A DNA stretch of 64,000 nt from the human T2T-CHM13v2.0 reference genome, Homo sapiens: assembly GCF_009914755.1 (NCBI RefSeq), contig NC_060946.1. The stretch is one strand, 5' to 3'. The notes under the pieces were generated by a model. The model searched no databases. It saw only the letters and a list, made by a program, of their open reading frames with translations, and had not been told where the DNA came from. Every line of letters begins with the position of its first letter. Position 1 is the first letter of the stretch. Shown here piece by piece: positions 30,372 through 50,761 of the stretch. The position numbers and the translations under genes were made by a program.

Positions 30372-32979
30372 TTAATTTATTGGATCTTATTATGCTTATG
30401 CTGCTTATTGGCTTTTTACATTTTTGCAGTTGTGATTTATTTACTTTTTTAAAACTAGAGATAGGGTCTCATACTGTGGCCCAGGCTGGTCTTGAGCTCC
30501 TGGGCTCAAGTGATCCTCCCACCTCAGATTCCCAAAGTGCTGGGATTACAGTTGTGAGCCACTGTGCGTGGCCTATTTACTTTTCTTCTTTTTTTTCTTT
30601 TTTTTTGAGATGGAGTCTCACTCTGTCACCCAGGCTAGAGTGCAGTGGTACGATCTTGGCTCACTGCAACCTCTGCCTCCTGGGTTCAAGTGATTCTCCT
30701 GCCTCCTGAGTAGCTGGGATTACAGGCGCCTGCCACCGCACTTGGCTAATTTTTGTATTTTTAGTAGAGAGAGGGTTTCGCCATGTTGTCCAGTCTGGTC
30801 TCATACTCCCAACCTCGGGTGATCTGCCCGTCTCGGCCTCCCAAAGTGCTGGGATTACAGGCGTGAGCCTCCGTGCCTGGCCCTATTTACTCTTAATATT
30901 CACTTTTATGCCTAATTTTATAATCATAGTTTCCTATTTTTCTCCACAAAGAGGCCCTGAGAATGCCACCCATCGTCTCCAGCGGTGTCTCATCTGGAGG
31001 TGGCCCTGCAGGCTGGGGCTGGCTTCCCTGGGCAATGAAGAGCGTGCTAGGCCCTCAGGGTCACGTGGGCTCCCTTGCCACCTCATTGGCAGTCACTGGA
31101 AGAGTTTGCGTTGGTTCAGAGCCCAGGGCCTGATTCAATCCACGATGCAGTTGGGTACTGCCCATGAGCTGAAAAACCCCATCAACCCTCTGACCCGGGC
31201 CCGGCCAGCCTCACTGGTGTGGAACCCGTCCCCCACCCCCACACCTGGCTGCAGGACTCACTCCCTACACCCCAGAGACACAGGGCGGGTGGGGAGGTGG
31301 GAGTGGGCCCCGAGTCACTCTGCCTGCTCCCAGCTCCGCCACCTTCCAGTGCTTGACCTTAGGCACTTCCCTGTACCTCGGTTTCCCCATTTATGAAAGC
31401 AGGGAATAATGTACCTGTCCCACAGAGCAGCTGTGAGGATGGACTGGACCAGTGATGGCTGGTGCTCTGTAAAGCTTGGTAAATACATAGGGGTGCCTGG
31501 GAGCTGCTCTTATTACCTACTCTGCAAAGAGATGGGACTTTTTGGAAGGTTTTGTGGACAGATGTGGGGAGGACCGTGTTCCACCCACCGACCCACCGCC
31601 CCATGGGCCAGCTTCTCCATCGGCACCTGCCTCTCTCTCCAGAGCTCTCCTCTTGAATTTCTTTCTCTGTTCAGTCTCCTCTTCCCCTTGCACCTTCTCA
31701 CTCATCTTCCTTCTGAAGGCAGAGAACGGCTCTGGCACCTCCCACTCTCTGATGCTCCCACCCAAGCCCCCAGGGGCCTCTGATCACTCATGGGATGACC
31801 CCAAACTCCTCTCCTGCACTTCATCCCCGACGCCCATATAACCTGGCCAGGCTGACTCAGCCCCCAGAACAAGTTTCCCCACAAAAGCTGGGGACCTGGG
31901 CTCCTTTTGACCCCAGATAAGCCCTATCTTCTCCAGCTTCAGTTTCGGTTCATGAAACATGGAGGGAGGCACTCAGATCCCCCCCAGTCCACAGGAAAGG
32001 GCAGGAAGAGGTTCTGACACGGAGGTGGGAGGTGAACCCCAGGGACGCGGATCAGAGCTGACAGGCTGGGGCTTTCCAGGGTGGCCGCATCACACCCCAA
32101 ACACAACCACCCAAACAGTGCGTCATCCAGGTCCCCTGAAGAGCTCAGTTCTGGTTGGAGACTCCAAGAAACAGCGGCCCCTGGCCCGAGCCCATGCCCC
32201 AGCCCCCGGCCTGGGAGAAGAGCAGGGAGTCGCACAGAGGCCGCATGGCTTCTGGATTGGTCAAGGCAGAGCCTGGGTGGGCAAGGAGGTCATCCTTGTG
32301 TGGCCGCGAGCTGGCCCCTTCATAGCTGGGAGCCCCGTTATCCACGTGCCTCAGGTCCTGAGTCTCTGCTCCAATGTTGCCTCATCAGAGAGGCCCTTCT
32401 CTGACCCTTTATAAAGTGCCATCTCTCTCATGCCTTCATCTTTCTTCCTGTCGTCCGCAGGAAGACAAGCAATGATCCAGAGTCTTGAAGCAGTGTGCCG
32501 CGGAAGGTGGCGTATCCGTGGGACAGACTGCTGGGCATGGGGCGTCCCAGCCAGCAGAGAGGCAGCACCGGCCCCACTGCCGTCCCTCCTCTCCACCCCT
32601 GAGTTCCCACTGTACCAGGAGTGGGCTTGCTGTTCTCTGGCTCCTGCATCCCTGTGGTGGAATTTCCTCCCTTCCCCCTGGAGGGAGGGGCTCCCTCACC
32701 CTACCCACACCCCAGGTGGAGCTCAGGGATCCTTCCCTGTGTCCCCTACAAGGCCAGCCCCTCCCAGTGGGACTCTTGTGTGGGGTCTCCTCCCACCCCA
32801 TTCTCTCTGTCAACCATGCGTGTGACTTGAGGATGCAAAGTGGTTTATGCATCTGTTATAAAAACAGTCCCCGCCCCTCTCTGCCCATTGTGCGTCCACA
32901 AGGCTCCCATGCCCTTGTGTTTATTTTCCCAGCGTTTATGTTTCAGGTCAGTCTTTTCATGTCTGCCTTTTTATGCTTA

Positions 32980-33559
<580 letters not shown>

Positions 33560-34283
33560 TTAGGCCGGGCATGGGGGCTCATGTCTATCATCCCAGTACT
33601 TTAGGGGGCTGAGGCGGGAGGATCTGTTGAGCCCAGGAGTTGGAGACCACTGTGGGCAACACAGCAAGACCCCATCTCTACCCAAAATAATTATACTGTG
33701 CTTAGCTGGACACTTCTCAGGTTCTCAGTGTTGCACAGGGTCTCCTGATTCTCCACCCTGGAAGTGAAGGATTTAATTCCCTCTCACACATAGAACCCCC
33801 CAACTGTCCCCACCCCCAACATAATTTTGGTGAGACAGACATTCAGTGTCTACGTTACTATGCGGGTGCAGCTCACGCTGAGCCGTGTAGCAGCCTGGGG
33901 TTCCTCATTTTCCCTGGAGCGCATCTGGTTCCCAGGCCACTTGTGCCCCAGTTTCTTCCTGGGGCTGTGACTTCACCTCTGCACTCTCCTTCCGCTGTGT
34001 AAGCCGCCTCTCCACGTGTTCAGACACATTGGAACAGTTTCCTCCCAGAGCCTCCTGACCATCCCCTGTGGCCTGGTGCCTGGCCTCTGTCATCTGGCAC
34101 CCACTCTCTCCTATCAGTTGGCTCCTGCTGCCTGGGCCCCATCTTCCTCTATGTGGCTGCCCCTCGTTTTGCTCATGCCCACCCTCCAAGACTTCTTTTT
34201 TTTTAAATATATATAATGGGGACGGGGTGCGGTAGCCCATGCCTGCAATTCCAGCACTTTGGGAGGCCGAGGCGGGCGGATCA

Positions 34284-34559
<276 letters not shown>

Positions 34560-34660
34560 TTATTTTTTTTTTTGCCCACGGCACAGTTCCAAGAGATCTC
34601 GGGAACATGTTTCCCTCCATGGCCTTCTTTTTAATTAATTAATTAATTTATTTATTTTGA

Positions 34661-34953
<293 letters not shown>

Positions 34954-35164
34954 TAAGAAAGGGGCAGCAAACAGTGGCTTAGACACTCTGTGCCACGTGC
35001 AGGATTCATCCATGTGGGACTCACATAAGAGGACCAGCTGGACGGTTTTCCTGGGCGAACTGCTGATGTCACTATCTTTGGGTCTTTTCTCTTGAGTTGC
35101 TTGGATTATTGGAAAAGGATGTTACAAGGCCGTACAGAGGGCAGCTGAGGGGGCCAACCAGGTC

Positions 35165-35640
35165 TGGTGGAAGGCGAAGTGGCCCCCAAAGATGTCCCAG
35201 CCCTGATCCCTGGTAGCTGGGAAGATGTTATGTTACAAGACAAAAGGAAATTTGCAGGTGTAATTAAGGTTACGAACCTTAAAATAGGGAGGGAGATTAT
35301 CCTAGACATGGCTGGGATAGTGGGTCTGGTCCAGTCCCATGAGCTGTAAGAGCAGAGAAGGACTTTCTCTGGCTGGAAGCAGAAGAGAGACCAGGCCGAA
35401 TGGGAAGCCAGAGAGTTTCCAAGTGTGAGGACTGGACATGCCGCTGCCGGCTCCGAGACGGGGGCCCACGGGCAAGGACAGAGACAGGTCTCTACTTGCT
35501 AAGGCTGGGCCCTGGCTGACAGCCAGCCAGGGAACAGGGACTTCAGTCCTATAGCCACAGAAACCAGATCCCACCAACCACCTGCGCGGACTCAGAAGGC
35601 AACTCACTTGCAGAGCCTCCGGAAGGGACACCCACCCAGC
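35165..35640 (+). mobile_element. MaLR MLT1D/E-like LTR
   Basis: GGCCCCCAAAGATGTCC...TTTGCAGGTGTAATTAAGGTTACGAACCTTAAAATAGGGAG...GGGACTTCAGTCCTATAGCCACAG. Confidence 0.75.
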
Positions 35641-36949
35641 AGGCACTGGGCCCCCTCCAGCCACCCTCAGGCATGCGGGGCTGCAGCCAGAGAGGGGCAC
35701 AGGGTCGGGCTTGGGCCTGTCAGACCCTCCCCTCCACAGTCTGAGTGACCTGGCCAGTGGCAGGATGGAGGCCTGAGAGGTGGCGCCGTTCACGGAACTG
35801 GGAGGGCCATGGGACCGGCTGGGGCGCTGGCTGACGGTGACGGGCGTGTGTGTGAGAACCTGAAAGGATGAGGGTGGGTGGGTGGGTGGTGGGGTGGAGG
35901 CAGCTCCCTCCCCGTTTACTGGGGTGTGACTTGAGCACCTCGCAAGCACAGGCAGTGCCTCAGCCGCTTACTCTGTGAGGGGCCGACCGTGCCCACCTGC
36001 AGGCCCACTGTGTGCCGGGCACCCTGAGCCTCGCGTTTCCAGTGGCTCCAACTCTCCCACAGGTGACCCGGTGGATGCTGCTCTCCTCTGTGTGAGGGAG
36101 GAAGCGAGGGGACTGTCATGGCCCACGAGCCTGTTCGCCTCCACAAGCGGCTCCCAACCCCAGGCTCCTTCCAGCAAACCCTTGGAAAGGTCATAGAGCC
36201 TGGATGCCCCAGGCCTTGAGGGGCAGAGGGTGGGGGGCAGCAGGGTGGACAGGCGCCCCTTGGGCCATTCTGAAGGGTTCAGGGCTTCACCTGGGAGGGT
36301 CTGCGCTGTGGAGAGGCAGGAGACCCCGTGGCAGGAGGAAGGGACCCTCAGGGCTCCCAGCCAGGGAGGGGGTGGCTCGAGTCACGTGGAGACCGTGGGC
36401 TTGGGAGGCTCAGGAGTCCGGGATCGGGAGGGTCTGCAGGCCCACCGGCTGCGGGTGGAAGGTGAGGGCCTCCAGAGTGGCCTGAATGGCTTGGTGGGGG
36501 CCGCAGGGGCTGGCTGGGCCTGGGGTGAGGTGAGGAGGTGACGGGGGAGGCGGCTGGAGTGTGGAGCTGCAGGGGCCCCTTTGAGGGACACGGGTCCCAC
36601 AGGAGCGTCCACTGGACTTAGGTGTCCAGGCAGTGATGCCTTGTGCCTGGCTCCGGCCCTGGGTTCCTGGACAAACAGGGGCCTTCCCAAGCAGGGCGTC
36701 GTGGTGTAGACAAGGGCAGCCAACCGTGCGACAAGGAGGACAGCCACAGGGCAGCGGAGAGGAAGTGAGAGCTTGTGGGAGAGGTCATGTCTGGTGCGGG
36801 GGCGAACGGGGCCCCCACAGCCCAGGAGCAGGCCTCAGGGCACAGGGCACAGGTGGGTTCTCAGCCTGGCTGGGCGGCACCCTCTCTGCCCAGCGCCCCT
36901 GCAGGACCCCGCCGACCCGGCGGGACCAGCACAGGTGTCGGGCAGAGGG

Positions 36950-37260
36950 AAGCCGAGGAGCCCCTGATGTCTGGCTGCCGCCATCCGTCTGTCCGTGCTG
37001 GGCTGCAGCTGGCGTGACCTCCGCTGTGCTCCTGTTTTCGGCGAGACCAATGACTCACGCGAGCAAAATGATAAGAACCACAAACAGGGAACGCGGACGG
37101 GAGTGGGAGGGAGCAGAAGGCACGTGGTCCTGTGTAAATCCATCCCGGGACGCAGTGCAAACAATGGTCTCTGAGCCCACGTAACCACGCAGAGCGGGAC
37201 GTTCCGGGATCAGTGGGGAGAGTCAGCTCCTTCCCGAGCCAAGCAGCAGCTGCGTGGGGG
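36950..37260. promoter_or_regulatory. CpG-retaining non-repetitive segment with clustered AP-1, GATA and RUNX motifs (candidate enhancer)
   Basis: TGACTCA at 37051-37057, TGATAA at 37069-37074, AACCACA at 37076-37082, with many CpGs nearby. Confidence 0.45.
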
Positions 37261-37431
37261 AGGGTCGCAATTATTTATTTTTGAGACAGGGTCTCGCCCT
37301 CTTGCCTAGGCTGGAGTGCAGAGTTACGATCACAGCTCACTGCAGTCTCGACCTACCAGGCTCAAGCGATCCTCTGGCTTCAGCCTCCCGAGTAGTTGGG
37401 ACTATAGGTGCATACTTTCATGCCCAGCTAA

Positions 37432-37882
<451 letters not shown>

Positions 37883-38690
37883 TGAGGTGATTTCCTAATG
37901 CTGCATTTTAAGAGAGAATTTGTTCCTGGGAAAGGCTGTGTGTGTAAGACGAACCTCTGTCTCCCACTTCTCTCTCTTTGCTGACCCGATTCCTCTTGGC
38001 GCAGAGGTTCAGAAACATCCCCTGGCCCTCACTGGCTTCATCTCAAGAACAGAAGTACAATAAGTACCTTTTCCGCACCACTGCCTGAGCCCTCAGTCCA
38101 GCCTTCACCGGTTTCCACCTGGTCCTTGGATTGTCGTTATCACCTTTTTCTTTTTTAATCGATAGATCCAAAATGTGTTTTGTTTAACAAATATTAACTA
38201 ACATCTTTCATATACTAAGCACTCATGCAAAATGATTACATAATAAAACACAAAAGCTGAAAGATGAATGGGCCAAGAACACACACTAAACTCACACACA
38301 CACACATCTGTGCACTCAGGCAGGGGGAATGGGCCCACCAGATGGGACCGGCCACCCGCCCCACGGCTGAGGGAGCCTGCCTGGCAGGGTCCAGCACTGG
38401 GCCCAGCATCCTCCCTGAGACACCTGTGGCTGCTGGGCCCTAAAAGCATCAGATGGAAAGCTTGGGAAGGAGTCCCAGTGAGGCCTGGGGTTGGACGGTG
38501 CTGGGGAAACCCACGTTCATACGTTTGGAGTTAGAGAGAGCCACCTAGGGCTGCCTTTCACTCACCCTCCATGTGAAATGGGAATATGACCTGCTGGGAG
38601 GGTTTCTGGAAGACGGAACGACCACACAGCAACCGGTCGAGTCCAGGCCCCAGCCTGGAGCAGGCTCTCCCAGTGTGGGAAGTTTGTTGA

Positions 38691-38786
<96 letters not shown>

Positions 38787-39011
38787 TGATTCTCCCACCT
38801 CGGCCTCCCACGTAACTGGGACCACAGGCATGTGCCACCACGCCCAGCTAATGTTTGCATTTTTTGTAGAGACAAGGTCTCGCTATGTTGCCCAGGCTGT
38901 TCTTGAACTCCTGGGCTCAAGCGATTCGCCTGCCCCAGCCTCCTAAAGTGCTGGCATTACAGGTGTGAGCCACCGTGCCCGGCCCCAGTGTGGGAATTTC
39001 CTACGGACACT

Positions 39012-39350
39012 GCTACAGATGGAACTGTGACATCACCAACCCCATCTTCAATATTCCTATCCCCTGAGTGACTGTATTGGCGATAAGGTGTTAGGACACA
39101 GGGGAGGGCCCTTCCACAGGAAGAGGAACAGGTACCGGAGAGCTCTCCCTTCCCCTCTGCACACACAGAGGAAGGCCATGTGCGAGGGGGGCCACCTACA
39201 AGCCAGGAAAAGAGGCCTCACCAGAAACCAACCGCGATGGCGCCTTCATCTTGGACTTCAGCCTCTGGAACTGTGAGAAAATAAAAGTCTGTTGCTGAAG
39301 CCCCAGTCTGTGGGATCTTGTCACAGCAGCCTACCCTCCCGGAGACTGAC
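39012..39350 (+). mobile_element. MaLR (MLT1A/MST-like) LTR
   Basis: CACACAGAGGAAGGCCATGTG...AAGCCAGGAAAAGAGGCCTCACCAGAAACCAACC...TCTTGGACTTCAGCCTCTGGAACTGTGAGAAAATAAA. Confidence 0.8.
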
Positions 39351-39356
39351 CTACAC

Positions 39357-39612
39357 ATCTTCCCCTCCCCTCCCCTCCCTTCCCTTCCTCTCCCCTCCTC
39401 TCATGTCCCCTCCCCTCCACTCCCCTCTCCTCCCCTTCCCTTCCCTCCCCTCCTCTCATCTCCCTTCCCCTCCCCTCCCCTCCCTTCTCCTCCCCTCCCC
39501 TCTCTTTTCCTCCCCTCCCCTCTACTCTCCTCTCCCCTTCCTTCTCTTCTCCTCCCCTCCCCTCCCCTCCCCTCATCTCTCTTCCCCTCCCCTCCCCTCT
39601 CCTCCCCTCTCC
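39357..39612 (+). repeat. About 250-bp degenerate (CCCCT)n polypyrimidine tract
   Basis: Almost purely C/T on the + strand. Confidence 0.95.
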
Positions 39613-41359
39613 AGGCACAGGCAACCCAAGGCTAGAGATGGGACAGGAGGATGGGGTGAGTGGGAGCAGCCTGTGAGATCCCCTGGAGAGGCCTTGGTGG
39701 GGCTGAGAGAGGAGCAGAGGTGGGAGTAGGCACAGGGCCCTACAATTGTAGGAGAACTCCAGGCTCCCCGCTTGGCTGAGCCAATCCTCCACCCCCAGCC
39801 CATCAGCAGAGGCCCACCTGCCCCTCTCATCTCATCTCCTGGGTACTCCAACTGGCTAAACAACAGCCCTACCCCCAGTGCTGTGCCTTTGCACATGCTG
39901 CCACCCTCATCCCCGCTCCTCCTGCTCTATTGTGGCAGCCTCTCCCCAAAATGCAACCCCAGGGCCCTGCCCTCAGAAGGCCTCCTGGACCGCCAAGCCC
40001 TCATGTGGCCCTGCTGTCCGTCCCTGCAGCCTCCGTCCCTGAGCCTAGACCCTGAGCCTGGCCCGACAAGGATCTGGAGAACATGACATCACAGTTGATA
40101 CAACAGAGTCTCCGATGGCCCGACCCAGGCAGAGACCTCGGATCTCTGTGGAAGCACGAGGTCTGGAGAGCAGCCCCTCCTCTGGGAGGGAATCCCAGGG
40201 CAGCCGTGCCTGTCCCCTGTTCCCTCAACCCCCTGTAGGGCTGGCCCCAGCCTCTGTCACACCCTTATCTACTCCTGCTGGCATTGCCTGGCAGCGGCGG
40301 GGAACCAGGCAGACATGAGCAGACACCGTCTGTGTCCACTACACACTCCTGCTGATGCGGTGTGGTGAAGACAAGTCTGCCCAGACACAACACCACGAGG
40401 CAGGAAGCACGGAGGTTGGGGGGACCCTGGGGAGGGCGGGCAGCCCAAGCCCAGCAGGCACCTGCTTCTCCCGCTGCCTCACTCTGCAGCCCTTGGGCGT
40501 GGCTATTGCGGCTGCTGACCCTGCTGCAATCCCCAGTTCTAGCCATTCTCTTTTCTGGGCCTCCAAGGTCATTCATCAAACATATTTGTCTCCACAAATA
40601 TCCAAGGTTTAATACTCTCTGTATTTGTTTCTAATTCAGGCATCATAAAATTCTGAACTTGCTATTTAGAATATGAAATTGCTAATGGAAGATTGTTTGT
40701 TAAAAAAAGACTAGAAATTTTTAAATTTCTGGCACAGGTAAGCACTCATATACGTTGAATGAGTGAATGTAAGGACAATAGGATATGATAATTTGGGATC
40801 AGATTATTAGGCTATCTAAAATTTACCATGAATCCAGTTCGTGAAAAAGTGTTAGTGAAATAATTATATTGACTTAACCTCAACTTTAAAAGTCAATCAT
40901 TGGGCTGGGTGCGGTGGCTCATGCCTGCAATCACAGCACTTTGGGAGGCCAAGGCGGTGGATCACCTGAGGTCAGGAGTTCGAGACCAGCCTGACCAACA
41001 CGGAGAAACCCCGTCTCTACTAAAAATACAAAATTAGCAGGGCGTGTGGCACATACCTATAATCCCAGCTACTCAGGAGCTGAGGCAGAAGAATCATTTG
41101 AACCCAGGAGGCGGAGGTTGCAGTGAACCGAGGTTGCACCATTGCACTCCAGCCTGGGTGACAGAGCGAAACTCCATGTCAAAAAAAAAAAAAAAAGTGA
41201 ATCAATGTTCAACTATCCATGAATTTATCTAAATATTTTCAAATTTATATTATACTTTCAGACTAGAAATTTTAGAAATAACAATTCTCAAATGTTTATA
41301 TTGTAATGAAAAAACATACTTCTGTTCAAAAACTGCCTTCTTAATATCATTCCTCTATT

Positions 41360-42795
<1,436 letters not shown>

Positions 42796-42917
42796 TAAAT
42801 GTAGTGGAATTGTTATAAAGATTAATGTTATAGGCCAGGCGCGGTGGCTCACACCTGTAATCCCAGCACTTTGGGAGGCCGAGGCAGGCGAATCACAAGG
42901 TCAGGAGTTCGAGCTCA

Positions 42918-43106
<189 letters not shown>

Positions 43107-43261
43107 CTATCTCAAAAAAAAAAAAAAAAAGATGAATGTTATACCTCCCAGTTTTCTGGATAATGTTCTCCGTAAGGTTTATACATTGACTACGATGCCA
43201 ATTATAGTTAAGGGCAAGCTTGTTTCTCATAAACGATGTGACTTCAAGTTAATTACTTGGC

Positions 43262-44361
<1,100 letters not shown>

Positions 44362-44437
44362 TCAGAATCCTTTGTCTCTGAAATTCTTTTCAACTCTAGT
44401 TGTGGGTCATTCTATATTTTAGTCAATAGTTAAGTTA

Positions 44438-44834
<397 letters not shown>

Positions 44835-45696
44835 TTACTATTTTTTTCAAATCCTTTATGAAATGATGAATCTAAGTAATAATCATCAGTGTTGTTGTTG
44901 TTGTTGTTTTTTTTTAGACGGAGTCTCGCTCTGTTGCCAGGCTGGAGTGCAGTGGTGCAAACTTGGCTCACTGCAACCTCCACTTTCTGGGTTCTAAAGA
45001 GTTCTCCTGCCTCAGCCTCCCAAGTAGCTGGGACTATAGGCCCACGCCATAACACCTAGCTACTTTTTGTATTTTTAGTAGAGACAGGGTTTCACCATGT
45101 TGTCCAGGATGGTCTCGAACTCCTGACCTCGTGATCTGCTCCCCTCGGCCTCTTAAGTGCTGGGATTACAGGCGTGAGCCACAGCGCCCAGCCAATCATC
45201 AGTGGTTTCTAAAACCATTGGGTGAAAGATAGATAAGAAACCTTATTACTGTATCTATTGATGAATCAGGCCAACCACATTTGAACAACATTTGATTGAT
45301 AACAAGACATTATGTGCCTCTTGATGTGGTACCATCGGAAGTACATAGAGAATAGAGTATACATATATAAAGTGGCTGGAAGCAGTGGCTCATACCTGTA
45401 ATCCCAGCACTTTGGGAGGCCGAGGCGGGCGGATCACCTGAGGTCAGGGGTTCGAGACCAGCCTGGCCAGCATGGTAAAACCCCGCCTGTACTAAAAATA
45501 TAGAAAATTAGCTGGGGGTGGTGGTACACGCCTGTAGTCCCAGCTACTCAGGAAGCTGCGGCAGGAGAATCACTTGAATCTGGGAAGCAGAGTCGGCAGT
45601 GAGCTGAGATCATGCCATTGGATTCCAGCCTGGGCAACAGAGCAAGACTCGTATAAAAAAAAAATACAGTATACATATATATCCTTACCTAAATAA

Positions 45697-46114
<418 letters not shown>

Positions 46115-46679
46115 TGATCCGCCCGTCTCGGCCTCCCAAAGTGCTGGGATTACAGGCGTGAGCCACCGCGCCTGGCAATTTTTGTATTTTTAGTAGAGAC
46201 AAGGTTTTACCATGTTGGTCAGGCTGGTCTCGAACTCCGGACCTCAGGTGATCCGCCTGCCTCAGCCTCCTAAAGTGCTGGGATTACAGGCGTGAGCCAC
46301 TGCACCTGGCCTAAATAAATACATTTTAAAAATGGAATCAGAAGCAAGCCTCTAAATCTCTCTTTTTTTTTTTTTTGAGACAGAATTTTGTTCTTGTTGC
46401 TCATGCTGGAGTGCAATGGCGTGATTTCAGCTCACCGCAACCTGTTTCCCGGGTTCAAGCGATTCTCCTGCCTCAGCCTCCCAAGTAGCTGGGATTACAG
46501 GCATGCGCCACAACACCCAGCTAATTTTGTATTTTTAGTAGAGACGGGTTTCTCCATGTTGGTCGGGCTGACCTCGAACTCCCGACCTCATCTGATCCGC
46601 CCGCCTTGGCCTCCCAAAGTGCTGGGATTACAAGCGTGAGCCACCATGCCCAGCAATAAGCCTCTAAATCTTACTATCA

Positions 46680-47061
<382 letters not shown>

Positions 47062-47190
47062 TCAAAACAAAACAAAAAAACACACAAAAACAAAAACATT
47101 GGCAACTCTCACACCCTGCTGATAGGAATGCAAATTGTCCTATGCAGTTTGAATTTGACAGTACATACAAAATGGGAAAAAATCATCCCC

Positions 47191-47208
47191 TTGCCACTAG
47201 ATGGCGCT
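47191..47208 (+). promoter_or_regulatory. Strong CTCF core motif
   Basis: TTGCCACTAGATGGCGCT matches the CCACYAGRKGGCRC consensus. Confidence 0.7.
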
Positions 47209-47517
47209 TACTGGCTTTCAAGTACTTTATCGCATGTATTGTCTTCTGTTACATTGCTGCCTTCCTGTTTTTACTTCTCAAGGATGGCTGGAGGAAGGGG
47301 CTGGGCACTAGGGATTAGAGCCTCACAAGAATGCTGTAATCTGGATCCCAACAGCCATATCTGCTGTGGAACCATGTTGCCCCAGGGGACACATCTCTGA
47401 GCGTTGCTGTCTTCCCTAGCCACTTACATTATTCAGTTCCTTAGCAATATCTATCTCTGATACTGTGTTAAGGGTCTTTTTCTGAAGAATACACATTTTA
47501 ATAAGTCTAATTTTTAA

Positions 47518-47778
<261 letters not shown>

Positions 47779-47919
47779 TGAGGCTGGTCTCGAACTCCCG
47801 ACCTCAGGTGATCCACCTGCCTCAGCCTCCCAAAGTGCTGGGATTACATGCGTGAGCCACCACACCTGGCCTACTGAAGCATTCTATTCAAAATATTCCT
47901 ATTCTGTTTCAAAAATATT

Positions 47920-48272
47920 AATTGCCCATCCCTGGGGTAATATCACACTTCCTGCTCCACAGAAATCAGGTTTGGAGACATAATTTGTTTTAGCCAATAG
48001 TATATGGGCAGAAGTTATGTTTGTCACTTCCAAGCAGAAGCTTCAAGAGCCAGAATGTGACTTGCTGTGGGGTTTTTGGTTTGTTTTTCTTTTTCCCTGC
48101 TATGAGATCAGTCATGTTCTAGAGGCTGTTTCATCAGCTTGGGTCCCAACGTGAAAATATTGGCCATCTACAGTGGACCTGAATGAGAAGTAAACCTTTA
48201 TCTCCGTAAGCTGCTGAGATGTTGGAGTCATTTGTTCCTGCAGCATAATGTATCGTATCCTGACCGATATAC
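47920..48272 (+). mobile_element. Old MaLR MLT1 LTR
   Basis: TTTAGCCAATAGTATATGGGCAGAAGT...TCACTTCCAAGCAGAAGCTTCAAGAGCCAG...TAAGCTGCTGAGATGTTGG...CCTGACCGATATA. Confidence 0.65.
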
Positions 48273-48691
48273 TGGCCATTTCTTATTTTTTATTTTTTTT
48301 GTGACAGAGTCTCGCTCTGTCGCCCAGGCTGGAGTGCAGTGGTACGATCTCGGCTCACTGCAAGCTCCGCCTCCCGGGTTCACGCCTCTCTCTCCTGCCT
48401 CAGCCTCCCGGAGTAGCTGGGACTACAGATGCCCGCCACCATGCCCGGCTAATTTTTTTGTATTTTTAGTAGAGATGGGGTTTCCCCATGTTAGCCAGGA
48501 TGGTCTCGATCTCCCGACCTCGTGATCCGCCCACCTCGGCCTCCCAAAGTGCTGGGATTACAGGCGTGAGCCACTGCGCCCGGCTCTGGCCATTTCTTAA
48601 ACATCCTTTCAGACCAGTCATGACCTCTGTGAGGTTCTGCACATGCATGGCTGCCTAATAGTTAATGATACAAGTAAACATTTTGTCTGGG

Positions 48692-49358
<667 letters not shown>

Positions 49359-49738
49359 TGATCCACCTAACTCAGCCTCCCAAAGTGCTGGGATTACAGG
49401 CGTGAACCAGCGCACCCGGCCCATTGCATGACTTTTGGCAAAAAAAAAAAAAAAAACAGGTTCTGCCCCCGACTAAGGAAGCCAAGAAGAGCAGATACTT
49501 GCTCTCCTAGAGTCCTTACAGCTAGAGAAGTGTGACGTGACTCCTATCCACTCCAGCCTGGGTAACAGAGTGAGTCTCACAAAAAAAAAAAAAAAAAACC
49601 CAGAAAATAAAAAATGAGAGTCCATGAAAAGATTATTTCAAATTCATCCTTGACAGGAATTTAAATTCTTCTCCTCCATATAGATTGTTGTGAAAACACA
49701 TTAATATTCTTTTTCCCTGGTGCGGAAGGAGGGAATAG

Positions 49739-49951
<213 letters not shown>

Positions 49952-50730
49952 TAGCCAGGATGGTCTTGATCTCCTGACCTCAGGTGATCCACCCGCCTCG
50001 GCCTCCCAAAGTGTTGGGATTACAGGCGTGAGCCACTGCGCCTGGCCTAGAAAACCACTTCTATACTGCCTATCACCATGCATTGACTCTCACTCTGCTT
50101 TTTGGATCATTTTCTTCGGAAAAAGTTTCTCATAGTGTGTCTTGACTTTTTAAAAAGTTGTGTATTCAAAGCACTTAAACATGGCTGGGCGAGGTGGGAG
50201 GCTGAGGTGGGTGGATCATCTGAGGTCAGGAATTCAAGACTAGCCTGACCAACATGGCAAAGCCCTGTCTCTACTAAAAATACAAAAATTAGCCAGTTGT
50301 GGTGGCTCACACCTGTAGTTCCAGTTACTTGAGAGGCTGAGGCACAAGAATCTCTTGAACCCAGGAGGCAGAAGTTGCAGTGAGCCAAGATCACGCCACT
50401 GCACTCCAGTCTGGGTGACAGAGTGAGACTGTGTCTCAAAAAACAAAAACAGCCTGGGCGTGGTGGCTCACACCTGTAATCCTAGCCCTTTGGGAGGCCG
50501 AGGTGGGCGGATCACGAGGTCAGAGGATCAAGACCATCCTGGCTAACACGGTGAAACCTCGTCTCTACTAAAAATACAAAAAAATTAGCCGGGTGTGGTG
50601 GCGGGTGCCTGTAGTCCCAGCTACTCGGTAGGCTGAGGCAGAATGGCGTGAACCCGTGAGGCAGAGCTTACAGTGAGCCGAGATCGTGCCACTGCACTCC
50701 AGTCTGGGTGACAGAGCAAGACGCTGTCTC

Positions 50731-50761
<31 letters not shown>

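Noticed and set aside
39292-39792. Pro/Ser-rich and Gly/Glu/Arg-rich ORFs
   Set aside because: Translation of the (CCCCT)n low-complexity tract.
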